Positions 11,660 through 25,210 are shown, numbered from the stretch's first letter. The stretch: 64,000 nucleotides of DNA from Eledone cirrhosa (GCA_964016885.1 OZ024745.1:102424001-102488000), one strand, 5' to 3'. Program-made: numbers and translations. Notes: generated by a model not told the origin, from the letters alone.

Positions 11660-12280
11660 AACTATATATCAGGACAAAGTACTAATCTTTGCAGCAACCC
11701 AGAAAAAAATTGGAGAATCAACAAAATGCAGTTATTGCTTAACAGAAGAGTCAATGTATCAATAAACTCAAATAAATTTATTAACCATGCATCTGCAAAG
11801 GATTTCTTTCTCTTCTTCACCGGCCATTTATTCCTGAGAAGGTCAGAATTCTCAGAGACACTTCCCAGGGGGTCTCATCATAAGCAACCACCTCTAAATG
11901 ATTCAGGATCTACAATTGAGACAAATCGAATTCATGGTAGTTATCCAACCATCTTCCTGATTATCTACCCATTGAATGAATATTTCAAAGGAGGGTATCA
12001 TACCATCATATTCTCTAATAGTCATAATTCAGTGGGGTTTTATTTCACAATTCATGACAAATATACTTGTGTTTAGAAGCCTAATATTGATAAAGATACT
12101 GAAGAATTTATCAGATCTTGTTATATGGGAATTAAAATCAGATTTAAAAGCCTCTCTTGTACTGATAAGTGGCTTAAATCAAAACCTGTGAAAATATGTA
12201 TGAACTGGGTAAACGATGGGAATGTATCGATCAGTTTTTACTTAGACTGAAGCATATTTTATAGTCTGGTGGGGCATCAG
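11660..12280 (+). pseudogene. Ty3/gypsy LTR-retrotransposon pol (integrase Zn-binding region) remnant
   Basis: Frame at about 12053-12240 reads ..*KPNIDKDTEEFIRSCY...KWLKSKPVKICMNWV, resembling the gypsy integrase WP.IDKDIE..IRSC..C...W...PW.R.H.DW segment. Confidence 0.5.
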
Positions 12281-14089
12281 AAAACAAAAGGACATATCTA
12301 CTTTCCCCCTTCTTCGGATTTGGTGTTCTGACAAAATTTGTTCATTTAAAGGATTTGTAATTTTTATTGAAAGAAAACTGAAAGTTCTACCTGTTGTCTA
12401 AAATCCAATAGTGCAGATAGAAGAGGTTTAGTGAGAGAGGGGTAGAGTTGTAGTTGAAACAAAAAAATTGTGAGAGAATGAGAAAATGATAAGGGGAGGG
12501 AGAAGAAAAGAAATCCTGATTTCAGTTATTGCTAGTGGCACCTTTATAGTGTCTTTATGCAAAGTTTATAAAGGGTGAACAGTTACAATTATTTCATGGT
12601 TCAGTGTATAGAAGAATAGTACACATTTAGTGCAGAAACAATCAATTCTGCATTAAAAGGTTACATTCAATCAATTAGAAAGTTTAATAAGCATTTGCTA
12701 AAGATTCATTTCTACCATCATGATACATCCGATTGATACCAATTTTCTCCAGTGAAGAAATTAAATGGCAGAGACTTAGGGATAGTAGTAAACTCTTTTT
12801 ATGAAGTTGGACTACTAGTTCCTTACAAGAAGAATATATTGAAATTTCTCATAGATCCTTGTTATGTGATTCATGCTAGCAGAAACACAGTTGAGACTAA
12901 ACAGATACGAAAAATCTCAGTTAATGTCAACTAAACAAATAGTTCTTAGCTATTCTTCTCCAATCACTTGCTAATTATGATAATGCTATCATTGAGTGAA
13001 CATCTCCAGCTTCTCCCTATTCTGCTCATGTGATGCCCTGTAGTAATGTTTCTAACAAGTAAATGGTGCCAACATTACTAAATCATGATAATCCTTGCAG
13101 CAATTTAATGAGTAATACAACATTGCCATGTAGGAACTGCAGGATCACAATGAGAATTTAGAAGCCTCAAAGAAATGATGGCTAATATGATTTATCTTTT
13201 AAGCTGTTATCATCACACATTTATCTAGTAGCTGGTCAGAATGTCAGTCCTGTGTTTCTGGATTTTTACCCATCACCAGTGATATTTACTCACTAGGTAC
13301 TAAGACAGGAATAAGCTAAAGGTTACATGCTTTTTTTGTATATGAAACATCAACTAAAGATGCTCATTTGCATATATCTAAGATTAATAAGTAGGAGCAC
13401 TAACATAGCGTGGTTCATAATAGGAATGTATATGAAGATATATATATAGGATGTTAGTTACAGCTAATTAATCCTAGCCAGTGAAGTTCATACTACCTGG
13501 ATATTCTATCTATCTACCAGGTCTGTGATAGTACCAGTAACCCCCAAATTGCTGGCCTTGTGCCAAATATAGAAACAATATTATTGCAAGCATTTTGCCT
13601 GATTGCACCTGGTTGGTATTAAGATGATTACCAGTGTGACATCATAATTTCATGGTGTGCTTTATGAGTAATGTTAGTGAACTATGACACTCAGTTGTAG
13701 CATCATCTGAAGTCTTGAACTTACTGTTGTGGACTGATGTAATTTATCATAAGTTTATTGATGAGAAGCAAGTTGTTGTGATTTGGAGTTCATGGCAGTC
13801 AAATATGAAATGAAATTTTACCTGGAGAAATACCTAAGTGGACAAATGGAATATTGATTAGATTTCTTCTTTCAGAAGAAGAGAATAAAAGAAACTTCCA
13901 GAAAAGACAAAATAAGTTTGTTGTATCTGAGAATATGAAGTAAGATGCTAGAAGTGTTCAGTTAATTAGTTAAAGATAATGGAAATCAGCTTACTACTTT
14001 CTTTAAAAAAGTATAAAGTATTGACCGAATTGTTTTTTAAGTAGGGAATAACTTGAGATAGTTGTGATCTTGTATTTATATTTCTTAAG

Positions 14090-14270
14090 GTAAAGACCTA
14101 CTTCAGTCATGAATGACTGGGATTTGCACCTAGAAAGCTCCCCTCTGAGGCACAAGTTCAGGCTAGTTTGTTTGTGGAAGACCAACAATCGCCCGTGCAT
14201 ACCAGTCTCCCATCCCCATGCCACTGATGTTGTCCAAGGGAAAGCCAAAGGCCGATACAGCTTGGGACTG
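14090..14270 (-). mobile_element. SINE body fragment shared with 54715-54900
   Basis: GGGATTTGCA..AGAAA..CAAGT.CAGGC..TTGTTTGTGGAAGACCA..CATACCAGTCTCCCATC..GATGTTGTCCAAGGGAAAG is present at both loci. Confidence 0.7.
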
Positions 14271-14430
14271 CTGATTTCTGCACTAAATGTGCACTATTCT
14301 ACTTGTTGCAAGAATAGTGCACATTTAGTGCAGAAACAATCTGTAATCTATCTCATGCTTGCATGTAGAAATGGATTTTATTTATGCCTTACTACACAAA
14401 TACCCACATCCGCGCACGTGCGTGCGTGTG

Positions 14431-14608
14431 AAGTTTAATATAGAAATGAATTCTACAGATCTAGAACTCTGAAAAAAAAATCAGGAAAGCCCTTTGCTGA
14501 TTTTTTTTTCTAGTCCTGTAGAAGCCATTTCTATATTAAACTTGATGCTTACACTCTACTAATGTATTGAGTACCTTACTAACTGTGGTTACCCCGATTG
14601 AACCCGAA

Positions 14609-14612
<4 letters not shown>
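14431..14612 (+). mobile_element. short fold-back insert with GAGTACC tail, between (GT)-like and (CA)n repeats
   Basis: AAGTTTAATATAGAAATG..TTCTACAG..CTAG..AAAAAAAAATCAG versus CTGATTTTTTTTTCTAG..CTGTAGAA..CATTTCTATATTAAACTT (14431-14543), followed by a unique tail. Confidence 0.6.
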
Positions 14613-14639
<27 letters not shown>

Positions 14640-14737
14640 CATACACACACACATATATATATATACTAGCATAGTACCTGCCAAAAAATCAAGGAGTGTA
14701 TAAAGCTATTTGTATCTTAAGAATTCCTAGATTACAT

Positions 14738-14872
14738 TTCGAAGCCCGCCGAGGTTAACTTCGCCTTTCATCCTTACAGGGTCGATAAAATAAAGTACCT
14801 GTCACACACTGGGGTCGATTTAATCGACTTTCCCCTCCCCTAAAATTGATGGCCTTGTGCCTATATAAGAAA
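14738..14872 (+). mobile_element. 5'-truncated Meta-like SINE
   Basis: GAGGTTAACTTCGCCTTTCATCCTTACAGGGTCGATAAAATAAAGTACC. Confidence 0.8.
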
Positions 14873-15150
14873 CCACTATATGTAAGATCCTTGAATCTGC
14901 ATGGTTTCCTTGACCTTCATAAACTTCAATCTAGCTTCTCCTTGGTAGTTGTGGGTAGCATCAGTAGTAGCTATAGTAACAGTAATAAAATCAGCCGTGG
15001 CAGTAGCCATAGCAGCAATACTCAGAGGGTTAAATTTGTCACGGTCATTTGTTGTAGTATTATTGCTTTTTTCAAAGGGAGAAAACTTTGTAAACAATTA
15101 TTTTGTTTCAATTCATTTCTTTCTTTCTTCCAATGCATACACACACACAC

Positions 15151-15189
<39 letters not shown>

Positions 15190-15412
15190 GAGCGTGAAGC
15201 CAACAGTATTTCATAATATATAAGTGACTATAACGTCAAATATATATATATATAGACACATAAATATGCATATATACATATCTTTATACACAGATATAAA
15301 TATAAAGACACACTAATGGAAGGGGAGATGAGGAAAAGAGAAGAATGTAAAGAGAGAGAGAAACATATTTGAATCTGTGCATGTGTTCATGTATGTGTGT
15401 GTGTATGTATTT

Positions 15413-18400
15413 ATCATCATCATCATCGTTTAACGTCTATCTTCCACGCTAGCATGGGTTGAGACGGGAATTGACCTACTTGAGGCAAGATTGGTCTTCT
15501 CACTCATATGGGACTGTCTGGCAGATTTTCTATGGCTGGATGCCCTTCCTAACACCAACCACGTTTACAGTGTGGACTGGGAGGTTTTTACCGTGTTGCC
15601 TAAACGGCCACATTACAGCATGGACTGTTTGTTTTTTTGTGGTGACACCTACACAACCTCATTTATTTAGGACTGGATGTTGTGGTACCAACATAACTTT
15701 ACAGAGAAAGGGGTGGTGTTGATGGGGGTGGGGGAGTTTGGGGGTGGGGGTAGTGGGACGGGTGTGTATATTTGATTAAGAAGTGCCTACTGACTGTAGG
15801 TTTCGCTTTGTACTTAGGTAAGATGGGTTTTCTGTATTACTGCATGGCGCCAAAGATCTCGGTCCAGTGACATTGTCTTAGAGAGGTGGAAGTGTGTAAG
15901 GTCGGAATTTATCAAATCGTCCCAGGTTTTTCTGGGTCTGCCTACTCTGTAACTTCCATCAATTTTGATCGCCCTGCACTTTTTTTATACAGCTGTCGTC
16001 TTTCATGCGCATCACGTGGCCATACCAACGTAGTCTTTTCTTGAGTAAACAGCATCTGATCCCTCTTATACCTAATTTCTCACTTTTCATTTATGCTTTG
16101 CTGTTCATGTATATTACTATTACACATCCAGCGAAGGATGCATGCTTCGTTCCTCTCCAGTCTGCGCAGATCCTCTGCACACAATGCCCATGTCTCACTG
16201 CCATGTAACATAGATGTTCGTATGCAGGCATCATACAGTCTTCCTTTCATTTTTAAAGAAACCTTTTGCAGCCAATAGTGGTATAAGGTCTCTGAACTTT
16301 TTCCATCCTGTTCTGACTCTGGCTACTGTACTTTCTGAGCACCCTCCACCACTGCTGATTTTGTCACCCAGGTAATGGAAGGCGTCCACTATTTCTATAG
16401 AGCCATCTTGGCAATAGAAGGAGCTAGTATCCTGTGGGTGCTTGCTACTTATTGCACCTGAGCATCGGCTACATATAAAATCTACGTTCTTAGATAGCTT
16501 ACCTGTGATCCCACTACATCTTTTATGCACCCATACTTTGCATGTGGGACACAAAATGGAATTTCTGCCTACTCCTTTCTTATACACTGAGCATGGTCAT
16601 TTCCCAGAGGGGACCTGTGCCCTATTTTCCTTCCTAGATACTAGAACTTTAGTCTTAGACAAGTTAACTTTAAGGCCTTTTGATTCTAGGCCATGCTTCC
16701 ATGTTTAGAATTTCTTCCCTAGTTCAGCCATCGATTCAGCTATGAGTGTTAGATCGTCTGCATATAGAAGTTCCCATGGGCAGTCAGTCTTGAACTCCTC
16801 TGTTATGGCCTTAAGGGCAATAATAAATAGGAGGGGGCTAAGGACAGAGCCCTGATGAACACCAACTTTTACGCTAAATTCTTCACTATATTCGTTGTTA
16901 ATTCTAGCCTTGCTGACTGTTTCTTTATACATGGCTTGTATAGCTCTTATAAGCCATTCATACATCCCTAGTTTTCTAAGGGCCCACCAGATAATGGTGC
17001 CGGGGACTCTGTCAAAGGCTTTCTCCAAGTCAACAAAAGCTAAGTAGAGGGGTTTACTTTTAGCTAGGTACTTCTGTAGTTGTCGTACAAGGAAAAGGGC
17101 GTCTGTGGTACTTTTACCTGACACAAACCCAAACTGAATTTCGTCTAGTTCAATTTGCTCTCTGATTAGTTGCGCTATAACTTTTTCTGTGACCTTCATG
17201 ACCTGGTCAATTAATTTAATGCCTCTATAGTTTCCTCTATCTAGTGTATCTCCTTTACCCTTGTAGCAGTTAATGATGATGCTGCTACGCCAGTCATTTG
17301 GTATGACTTTGTTTACTATCCGTATGACCATAGTGTGTCCCACCATTCCAGATGCTTTCAGCATTTCAGCAACTATTTCCGAAGGCCCAGCCACCTTACC
17401 CGTCTTCATATCTTTGATTGCCTTACTTATTATACTACCTTCAACTTGCACTGCTGGTCCCTCTATTGGATCAATGTGGGGCAGACTTTGTCCCATTTAT
17501 TCTCATTTAGTAGTCTCTCATAGTGACACTTCCAAGCTACCTTCTTATCAGCGTCAGTGATGGCAAGTATACCATCATCATTACGGACACACTTCTCCCC
17601 GACAATATCATGATTTTCCTCGACACATTGCCTAGCAATCCTGAACACCTCACATATTTGGTCCTCGTGTTGTAGAACATGCTTGAACTTTCTTTCCTCT
17701 GCTTCCCTTCTTGCGAAGTACACTTATCTCCTAGCTTCCCTCCTGGCCACTTGATAGTCTTCTCTACTTCCCCCATCCCACTGTACTTTCCAAGCCTGCT
17801 TTTTGGCCTTGATTGACTCCGCCACCAAATTACTCTCCTCCTGCCTATAGGTCTGCTCCAGCCACAGATTTCATCTGTCACCTTCAACAGGTTAGCTTTC
17901 AGGAATTCCCACTGTTCCTCTATATTGTACAACTAATTGCTCTTCCTTACTGTCGAAAGCATCAAGTAATATGTTTTTAAATTTATTACTGGCTGTGGGG
18001 TCCTTTAACTTCCATATTTTTCTCCTTAGGGTAGTCCTCCTCTGTTGTCAAGTACTTCTCGTCCTGACTATGAGGTCGCTAACTATGAGGCTATGTTGGG
18101 AGGTGCATTCTTCATGGGGGATGGATTTAGTGTTTACAACAGACACTGTCACATCTTCTGGTAAGGATATAATCTATCTGACTGGCGTCTGCCCCTGATC
18201 TATAGGTGATCAAGTGATTGTAACACAAACTTCAAAAAATGAGACAGAGTTAGGTTATTTGCGTCACAGAATTCCAGGATTCTGGAGCCTTCCTCATTTC
18301 TAGTACCAAACCCATAGCCTCCATGGATTCTGTCATAGCCGTCAAAATGTTGTTCAACATGACCATTTATTTCGCCAGCAATAATTATGTAGTCATTGTC

Positions 18401-18890
18401 GGTTATTTGGGAAGTAGTGAGCATTAGTGACTCATAGAATCTGTCTTTTATAACGCCAGGCAGTCCATACACAGATATTATTGTCACAGTAGTTTTATTT
18501 AGGACGAGTCTTATTTTAATTATTCTGTTCACTATTTACATCAATTACCTTATCTACCCATTTTCTGCTAGTATGATTCATACTCCACCCAGCCCATTGT
18601 CATTTCCCACCCAGAAAAGTTTATAACATTGTTATTTACTCAATGAATCTAGCCGACCCACCCCGCCACCTGGTCTCTTGAATACAGCAAACATCAACTT
18701 CCTTACATTCAAGCATCTCTACAACCTCGTTACAGCGACCTTTTAAGGTGCCTACATTCATGGTACCAACTCTGAAGTTTTGGATTGCGTTTGGTGGGTG
18801 GGAAGGATGAGGCGCAGGGAGGGGTGAGGGAGATGGGGTTATGTTAGCCATCCGCAGCTGAAATAAATGTCCTTGCATTCTCGTCTGGCA
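15413..18890 (-). mobile_element. near full-length decayed RTE-clade LINE (APE + RT + PHD-like finger + 3' UTR with (GAT)n tail)
   Basis: APE motifs GTMNVGTL/DVCCIQETRW/AGEING-HV/ILEFCDANNL; RT motifs AFVDLEKAFDRVP, GVHQGSVLSPLLF, LLYADD; multiple frameshifts and stops. Confidence 0.95.
16705..17496 (-). pseudogene. RTE reverse transcriptase domain fragment
   Basis: 263-aa ORF containing NYRGIKL, QFGF..GKSTTDA, DLEKAFD, HQGSVLSP and YADD. Confidence 0.93.
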
Positions 18891-21800
18891 ACACGAGGTG
18901 AATTTATCTTTATCTTTGGCATTGTCATTGAGTGTCCAGATTTTTCAAACTCTCCAGAATTCCATAGTCCATCTAGCATATCGAAAAGCAACCAGGTCTA
19001 AACTTAAGGAGTAATAGCCGAGGCAGTGGTTTTGTGAAAGAGATTGGTAAGAGAAACATTATAAGCCACTGAATTATGATTGGACCAAATAGTAATGGTG
19101 GCGTGTGTGTGTGTGTGGGGGGGGGGGGGGGTTGAAGCGATCTGGGGGAGTTAGCGAGAAGGTTATTTTATAATATAATCCTAGAAATTCTGCCATAATT
19201 AAACGAGCATATAACAGTAATATGAGTTTAAGTACAAGTAGAAGATTGTTTTGGAGGGTCTGACAGAATTATCGAATAACATTGAAAAGAAAAGATTGGA
19301 TTCTAAGTTAAGTGGACAATATAATACTGATAGATGAATGGACTAGGACCACGGAGAGACAAGAAAAATAGGATGAATATATTACATTTCACAAAAGCGA
19401 GCGATTTGGCCAAAAATAAGGGATCGACAAATTCTGAGATTTGTCTATATATATATATATATATCTAGGGAGTGTAACTTGGAATTACTGTAGGTTCACT
19501 TCAGTGCTGAGGTGTAGAGATAGACAGTGTGTGTGTGTGGTGTGTGTGTTAGTTGAAAATGAATGGAAAAAAAAACACAGGAGACATTTGTACACAGGCT
19601 CACACTTGGTAGAGATTATATATATATGTATATATATATTATATATATATGTATATATATATTATATATAAAGAGAGAGAGATAACATACAAATACATAC
19701 ACACATGTAGATATATCTCTATATATATATATATCTACAACATTTATCTATTACATTGCTAATTTCCACAGGAAAGCCATAAACATCATAACATATCTGA
19801 TTCTCAATACATCTGAGACTTCATGCCTACTAGAAGCAGTTAATCTTTCTTGACATGCACCATAATAGAATCATTTCAAGTTATGCACAGAAATGTTTAT
19901 GCTTTTTAATGAAGCTTATTTACATTTCTGTGCATTTTTACCAACCTTTTTTTTTTTTTTTTTTTTTTTTCTTATTTCATTTGGTTGATAACTTTCACTC
20001 AAATTGTTGTTTACATTCCTATTTTGGGGAGAAAGCAGCTAAAACCACTGAATTATTTTTATGTTGAGGAAAATAGCCAAAATAGTGAAAACCTCAAAGT
20101 ATTTAACTGATGTCATTCCTAGGCATGTGTTTCAATCAAATCCAAAAATACAGTCACCAACAATTCATTAAAGTAAATAGTTTTCTTTTGTTTGTGGTGG
20201 TGGAAGGGACTGCTTATTTCATGGATGTTATTAAAGTAAATGGTGATGGTGTTGGTGATGATGAGGACAATGAAGGAAACAATGATGATGATGAGGAATT
20301 TTGTGTTTGCTCTCATTAATTTAATTTGTTTCATTGGCACCCGAATAGTTAAATGATTTACATTGTAGAGTCTTGATCTCTGATATGTCTTGTATCTCAG
20401 TCGCCATCTTCCAGTCATGCACCATAGTGTTTCTGTTCTGTTGATCTTGCCATAACCATGGAGATCATCTACTAAAATGTATCCCTATTTTTTTGTACAG
20501 ATACACCATATCCTTGTAGCTCATAAATAGTAGCTGAAAGGATTGGCATCGTGAAGGGCATCTGGAAGTAAATAACCTCCTTACAAACTATGCCAAACCC
20601 ATGCCAGCATAAAAACACTGATTATGATGAATGACAATATTGCTGTGATTTCTTGAAGGTTCTATTGCTCATCCAGCAATTTTATTCATGGGGGATCTAA
20701 GCAGATCTGTTGGGTGCTATCACATTATATTTTATGAATTGGGCTTTGAGCCAAAAGAGGGATCTCTATGTGGTCACTCAATATGCTAGAAATAACAGCC
20801 AAATCTTCCTCAAATTGCACACTACCATCTTAAAAAGTGCAAGACATATCTAATATTATATCATCCTTGAGATGCAAAAAGGAAGATGGTTATGGCTGGA
20901 ATGCTTTTAATTATATTAGTACTAGATTAGAGCTACCCAGGGTCTAACCCATACAACAACTAAACTAAATTGCATTATTTCATCCCTCATTTTTCCTATT
21001 CCACTTACTACAATCACTTGTTAAGTGTACACCTATACAACTTCTACAAGTGTTATATACCCAAAAGAATATATACTTGTGCTCATTGACTATGTAGAGT
21101 CTGAGCCATTTCTCCATTTCACTTCTAGTACACAACATACATCCATTCATACCTATAAGAACCAGCAAGGAGTCTTTACATGGTTGTTTTAACATGCTTG
21201 AAATACCTGCCAAATTTTCTTCAAATCATTCACTATGGTTTTAAAAAAGAATGCATTGAATAATACAATCTGAATTGTATAATGCTTAAAAACAGATAGG
21301 ATGGCCACAACTATTGTATTAGCTAAGCAATCTGACAAAACTAACCTAGCTACATTGATAGTGGTGAGCTTCAAATAAGATAATACTACAAGTATAATAA
21401 AACTTGTGAAAATTCCAGTTATTTTAAAAAATATAAGATTGTTAGAACAGCAAAATAATTTTTTTTTTTTAAATTCAGTTTTGTTTTTAAAGTGATTGAT
21501 TCTTGAATTGTTAATGCTGGAGGAGAATAAAATTTTGAAAACTATATTTTTTGTTAAGTATTTGCCACCTCATCTTTAAGAGTTATCAAATATTTTTATC
21601 TCTATATTAAGAAATCAACAATCCTAACTATAGTAAAAAATTAAAAGTATAAACTACCTGTAATATGATACCAATAGTTATTCCTGAATAAGTATCGTTT
21701 CCAAAATTTAGAACTGCATTTTCAAACTTTAATTTTTTACCTTTATGATACTGGTTTATCAGAATCCACATGCTTGTTGGAGACAATACAACCATTTAAA

Positions 21801-23374
21801 TACAAAAGATTTTATTACAATCTAGATGTAGTTGTTAGCTTTATAACTCCATACCTCATGTGACCTTGTTAAATGTATTGTCTGTAATACCAACAAACTA
21901 TTTTGTTATGACATCTATGTCAAATCTGAACACTAAATTAAATTAGCAGTTATTTTGTTTGACAGTTTAATATCATTTCCTTTCTTTTTGTATTCTTTCA
22001 TATTTAGTTTAGTGCCACTTGTTTTTGACCAGGAGTCCAAACAATTAAAATTCCAAATAATTTAAAATTAAGTATGCATTAAAATTAATTGTATCGTTAT
22101 GAGAAATTTTTTCTAGTTCCTCTCAGGACTCAAATAACAAATATAAATAATAAAACTGAACACACTTTGTTAGTTTCTATTAAAATAAAGCAAATTAAAG
22201 TTATAAACTTGCTTGTTATGGATGAAAGAATTTTTTTTATTATTGCTGCAGGTCACACATTCTTTATGCAAAGAGTTGATCTAGAGAAAATATCAGTTGG
22301 AAATTGAAGTATTTATAATAGATATTATAATTGAAATTATATTAGTCTATTTCAAAATAAAATATGAGTCAACAATTTGCTAGAATGTTGAGATTCATTT
22401 CATTCTAAGGATGATGTGAAAAGGTTGGATTGTTTTTTAGCCCCAGGTAAACCTTATTTTATAAAACTTATAATCAAAGGCATTCCAGCTAGATCCATCT
22501 TATCTGTTTAGGAATTAGGTATCTCTGATTATTATTTTTCTGTTTTATAAAAATGTAAGATTCTAAGAACGTTTGGATTAATAGCAATATTTCTTTACAA
22601 ACTGCATATATTTTTTCTGTCATAAAATGCAATGCTGATACTGTAATACAATGCATATACACTGTATATCCAGTTTAGAATAGATATACCATATTACTAC
22701 ATACTTTAAGAGGCAACTAAAAGGGCATCCAGCCATAAAATATTGCTTTTAAAAGGACCTCATGATGAGTATGTCATGAGATCTGCAAGGCTAACCCCTG
22801 TTTTATCAGGATGATTGGCCTTGAAATGTATGTTGTGCGATTGTTGTTTTTCAATGCATGACATACAATATGTCAAGGCTAATAAACCACTACTATTATC
22901 TGATCCTAAGAGTTATTTTGTAAAACAGTTAAAAACTAAAAACAATCGGTTTATTTTATCTCTTACTGTCTCATATAGCTGTGTGTTTAAAAAGTTCATG
23001 TTGCACCCAAATTGTTCTTAAGGTGTTGTGAACAAGAACAAACTAAGTAAATGTTTTTTTACATTAGTCTAGGGTCAACTAATGCTGCTTGAATTGATTT
23101 GGTTGACAGAAACTACACAAAGCTCCACCACATATACATGCATGCAAGCAAGAAGATAAGTATATGACTTATATAACAAAGATTTTCTTTCTGCTGTGGC
23201 ATGTATCAGAAGAAAAATCAACATCAGTAATGAACTGTTCCCATCCAACACATGACTGCATTGAAAAAATATACATTAGTATAATGAGGATGATTGTGGT
23301 AATGGTATTGATGATAGTAGCGTTTGTCGTGGTGATGATGATTATTATGATGGTGTATGTGTTTATAGAATGGA

Positions 23375-23699
23375 GCTCTGTCTGTTCCAGTTGTTCAGTT
23401 AACGAAACAGCCTGCTCACAAAATTAATGAGCAAGTGGCTGAGCATTCCACATACACGTGCACCTTTAATGTAATTCTTAGGGAGATTCTGTGTGATAAT
23501 GTGTGTAACAAGGCTGGCCAGTTGAATTACAAGTACAGTCAATCAAACAGGCTTCCAAACAGTTTCTGTCAACCCAATTTTACTTAATAAGTATGGGTCA
23601 GCCCAAATTTACAAATGACACTTGCCCAAGATGCCATCCACTGGGATAGAACCAGGGACCTAAAAATTGCAATGGAAACAACTTAACCATTCAGCCCCT

Positions 23700-23700
<1 letters not shown>
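23375..23700 (-). mobile_element. decayed CORE-like SINE (related copy at about 8885-9130)
   Basis: ACTTGCCCAAGATGC, AACAGGCTTC.AAACAG and GAG.A.TCCACA blocks are shared by the two loci. Confidence 0.55.
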
Positions 23701-23732
<32 letters not shown>

Positions 23733-23742
<10 letters not shown>

Positions 23743-24020
23743 AAACGAAAAATCAGTGATACATCTGAAATCTATTTATTGTGAGAGAATTTGCTCCAAA
23801 ATCATTAGATGTGTCCGTCGAACCTGCAGATCCAGAATCAGGCAGATCCACACAATGATCGTGTCTCGAGCTGTCCGCCAGCGAAACAATTGTAACACAC
23901 AATAAATTGAGTTCAGATGCATCACTGATTTTTCGTTTTATATTATATCATGCTCTTCTCTGTAAGAACAGAGTGCTCAACTGGCATACCACCTAAGGAA
24001 GCATCTAAGCTACCATCAGA
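23733..24020 (+). mobile_element. fold-back hammerhead element in (TA)n/(CA)n
   Basis: Inverted arms of about 50 bp at 23733-23783 and 23898-23948; tail contains GAGTGCT at 23971. Confidence 0.75.
23861..23898 (+). ncRNA. type I hammerhead with a 2-nt core deletion
   Basis: GTGT-CT(--)CGA-GCTG TCCGC CAGC-GAAA-CAATTG-TA^ACAC: stems I and II and palindromic stem III ACAATTGT are intact; followed by AATAAA. Confidence 0.65.
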
Positions 24021-24039
24021 CACACACATATATATATAT

Positions 24040-24255
24040 CATCATCGTTTTACGTCGATGTCTCCATGCTAGCATGGGTTAGAGGGATTGTCCTGTTGTG
24101 GGCAATGCTATGCCAAGTGACCATGTCTTGCTCATACAGGACTGATTTTGGCTCGGTTTCTACAGCTGGATGCCCTTCCTAACACCAACCTCATTTACAA
24201 TGAGTACTGAGAGCTTTTTTACCATGGCACCTACACAACCACTTTACAGTGGGAG
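24040..24255 (-). mobile_element. SINE/RTE 3' tail
   Basis: CATCATCGTTTTACGTC..CCATGCTAGCATGGG..CAGCTGGATGCCCTTCCTAACACCAACC. Confidence 0.75.
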
Positions 24256-24311
24256 GGGCGTGGGGGGCATATGGTGTATATGCTTCAGCTTTGGCTTGTA
24301 CCCGTGGGAAC

Positions 24312-24498
24312 TTGGGTTGGCGGTATCAGTAGAGGGTCAGACGCCATGCTTTGCAACATAATTACACCCGTTTATGGTCTGAATTCAAATCCTGCTGAGG
24401 TTAACTTTGCCTTTCAACCTTACGAGGTTGATAAAATAAAGCACCAGTAATGCACTGGGATAACTGCTGGCCTTGTGCCAAAAGTAGAAACAATTATT
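24312..24498 (+). mobile_element. Meta-like SINE
   Basis: GAATTCAAATCC B-box; GCCTTTCAACCTTACGAGGTTGATAAAATAAAG. Confidence 0.8.
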
Positions 24499-24775
24499 GC
24501 ATACCTAACCCATGCTAGCATGGAAAATTGACATTAAATGATGAGATGACACACAATTTCTTTTTTAATTTTGCTTCTATGATGCTAAATGTTATGTAAA
24601 TTTAAATATGTATCTAAATCACTGGAATATGTTTAGTTTAAACTATTCAAGTATGAAGTGGACATCGTTCCTGCTTGGGTAACTTGAAACTGAAACAAGA
24701 ATTATTTGAGTATTTGCAGTATTTATGCATGGAAATAAAAAAATAATATAGTTATGAGATATGTAATAAATAACT

Positions 24776-25210
24776 GATAATAATTTCAGAAAGCCGGTAC
24801 AATACAGTAGAAATATGTAACAGGAAAGGTTGACAAAACAAAAAGTGATGTTTTTACCCAGGATATTCCAACATGATATTTCTGGATTATTACCCTTTTT
24901 TTCAAATGCATAAACAAAAACGGTGCAAAACAAAATGGATAATAGATTAGAGCTGTATGGAACAGAGTAGCTACAATGATAGCGCCACACATACATAATC
25001 CAAATACTTAGACCTGTTAGGGAAGAACACATCGATTGTTTGTTTTGTTTTGCACTGCTTTTGTTTTTGCATTTGAAAAGAGGGTTATAACCTTGAAATA
25101 TTATGTTGAAATATGCTGGGGAAAAACATGACTTTGTTTTGTTTTGTTTGTCTTCCTTTGCCCTTTATATATTTCTACCATATACTACAGGCTTTCTGAA
25201 ATACTTATCA
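24776..25210. mobile_element. long-TIR MITE-like fold-back element (partial reverse copy at about 37790-38050)
   Basis: Imperfect inverted arms of about 160 bp (TTTCAGAAAGCC...ACCCTTTTTTTCAAATGCA..GTGCAAAACAAAA versus TTTTGTTTTGCAC..TGCATTTGAAAAGAGGGT...GGCTTTCTGAAA). Confidence 0.6.

Noticed and set aside
19117-19131. Poly-G tracts (also about 59412-59431 and the G-rich 15722-15765)
   Set aside because: Homopolymer expansions or LINE 3' UTR composition; G-quadruplex potential alone is not evidence of function
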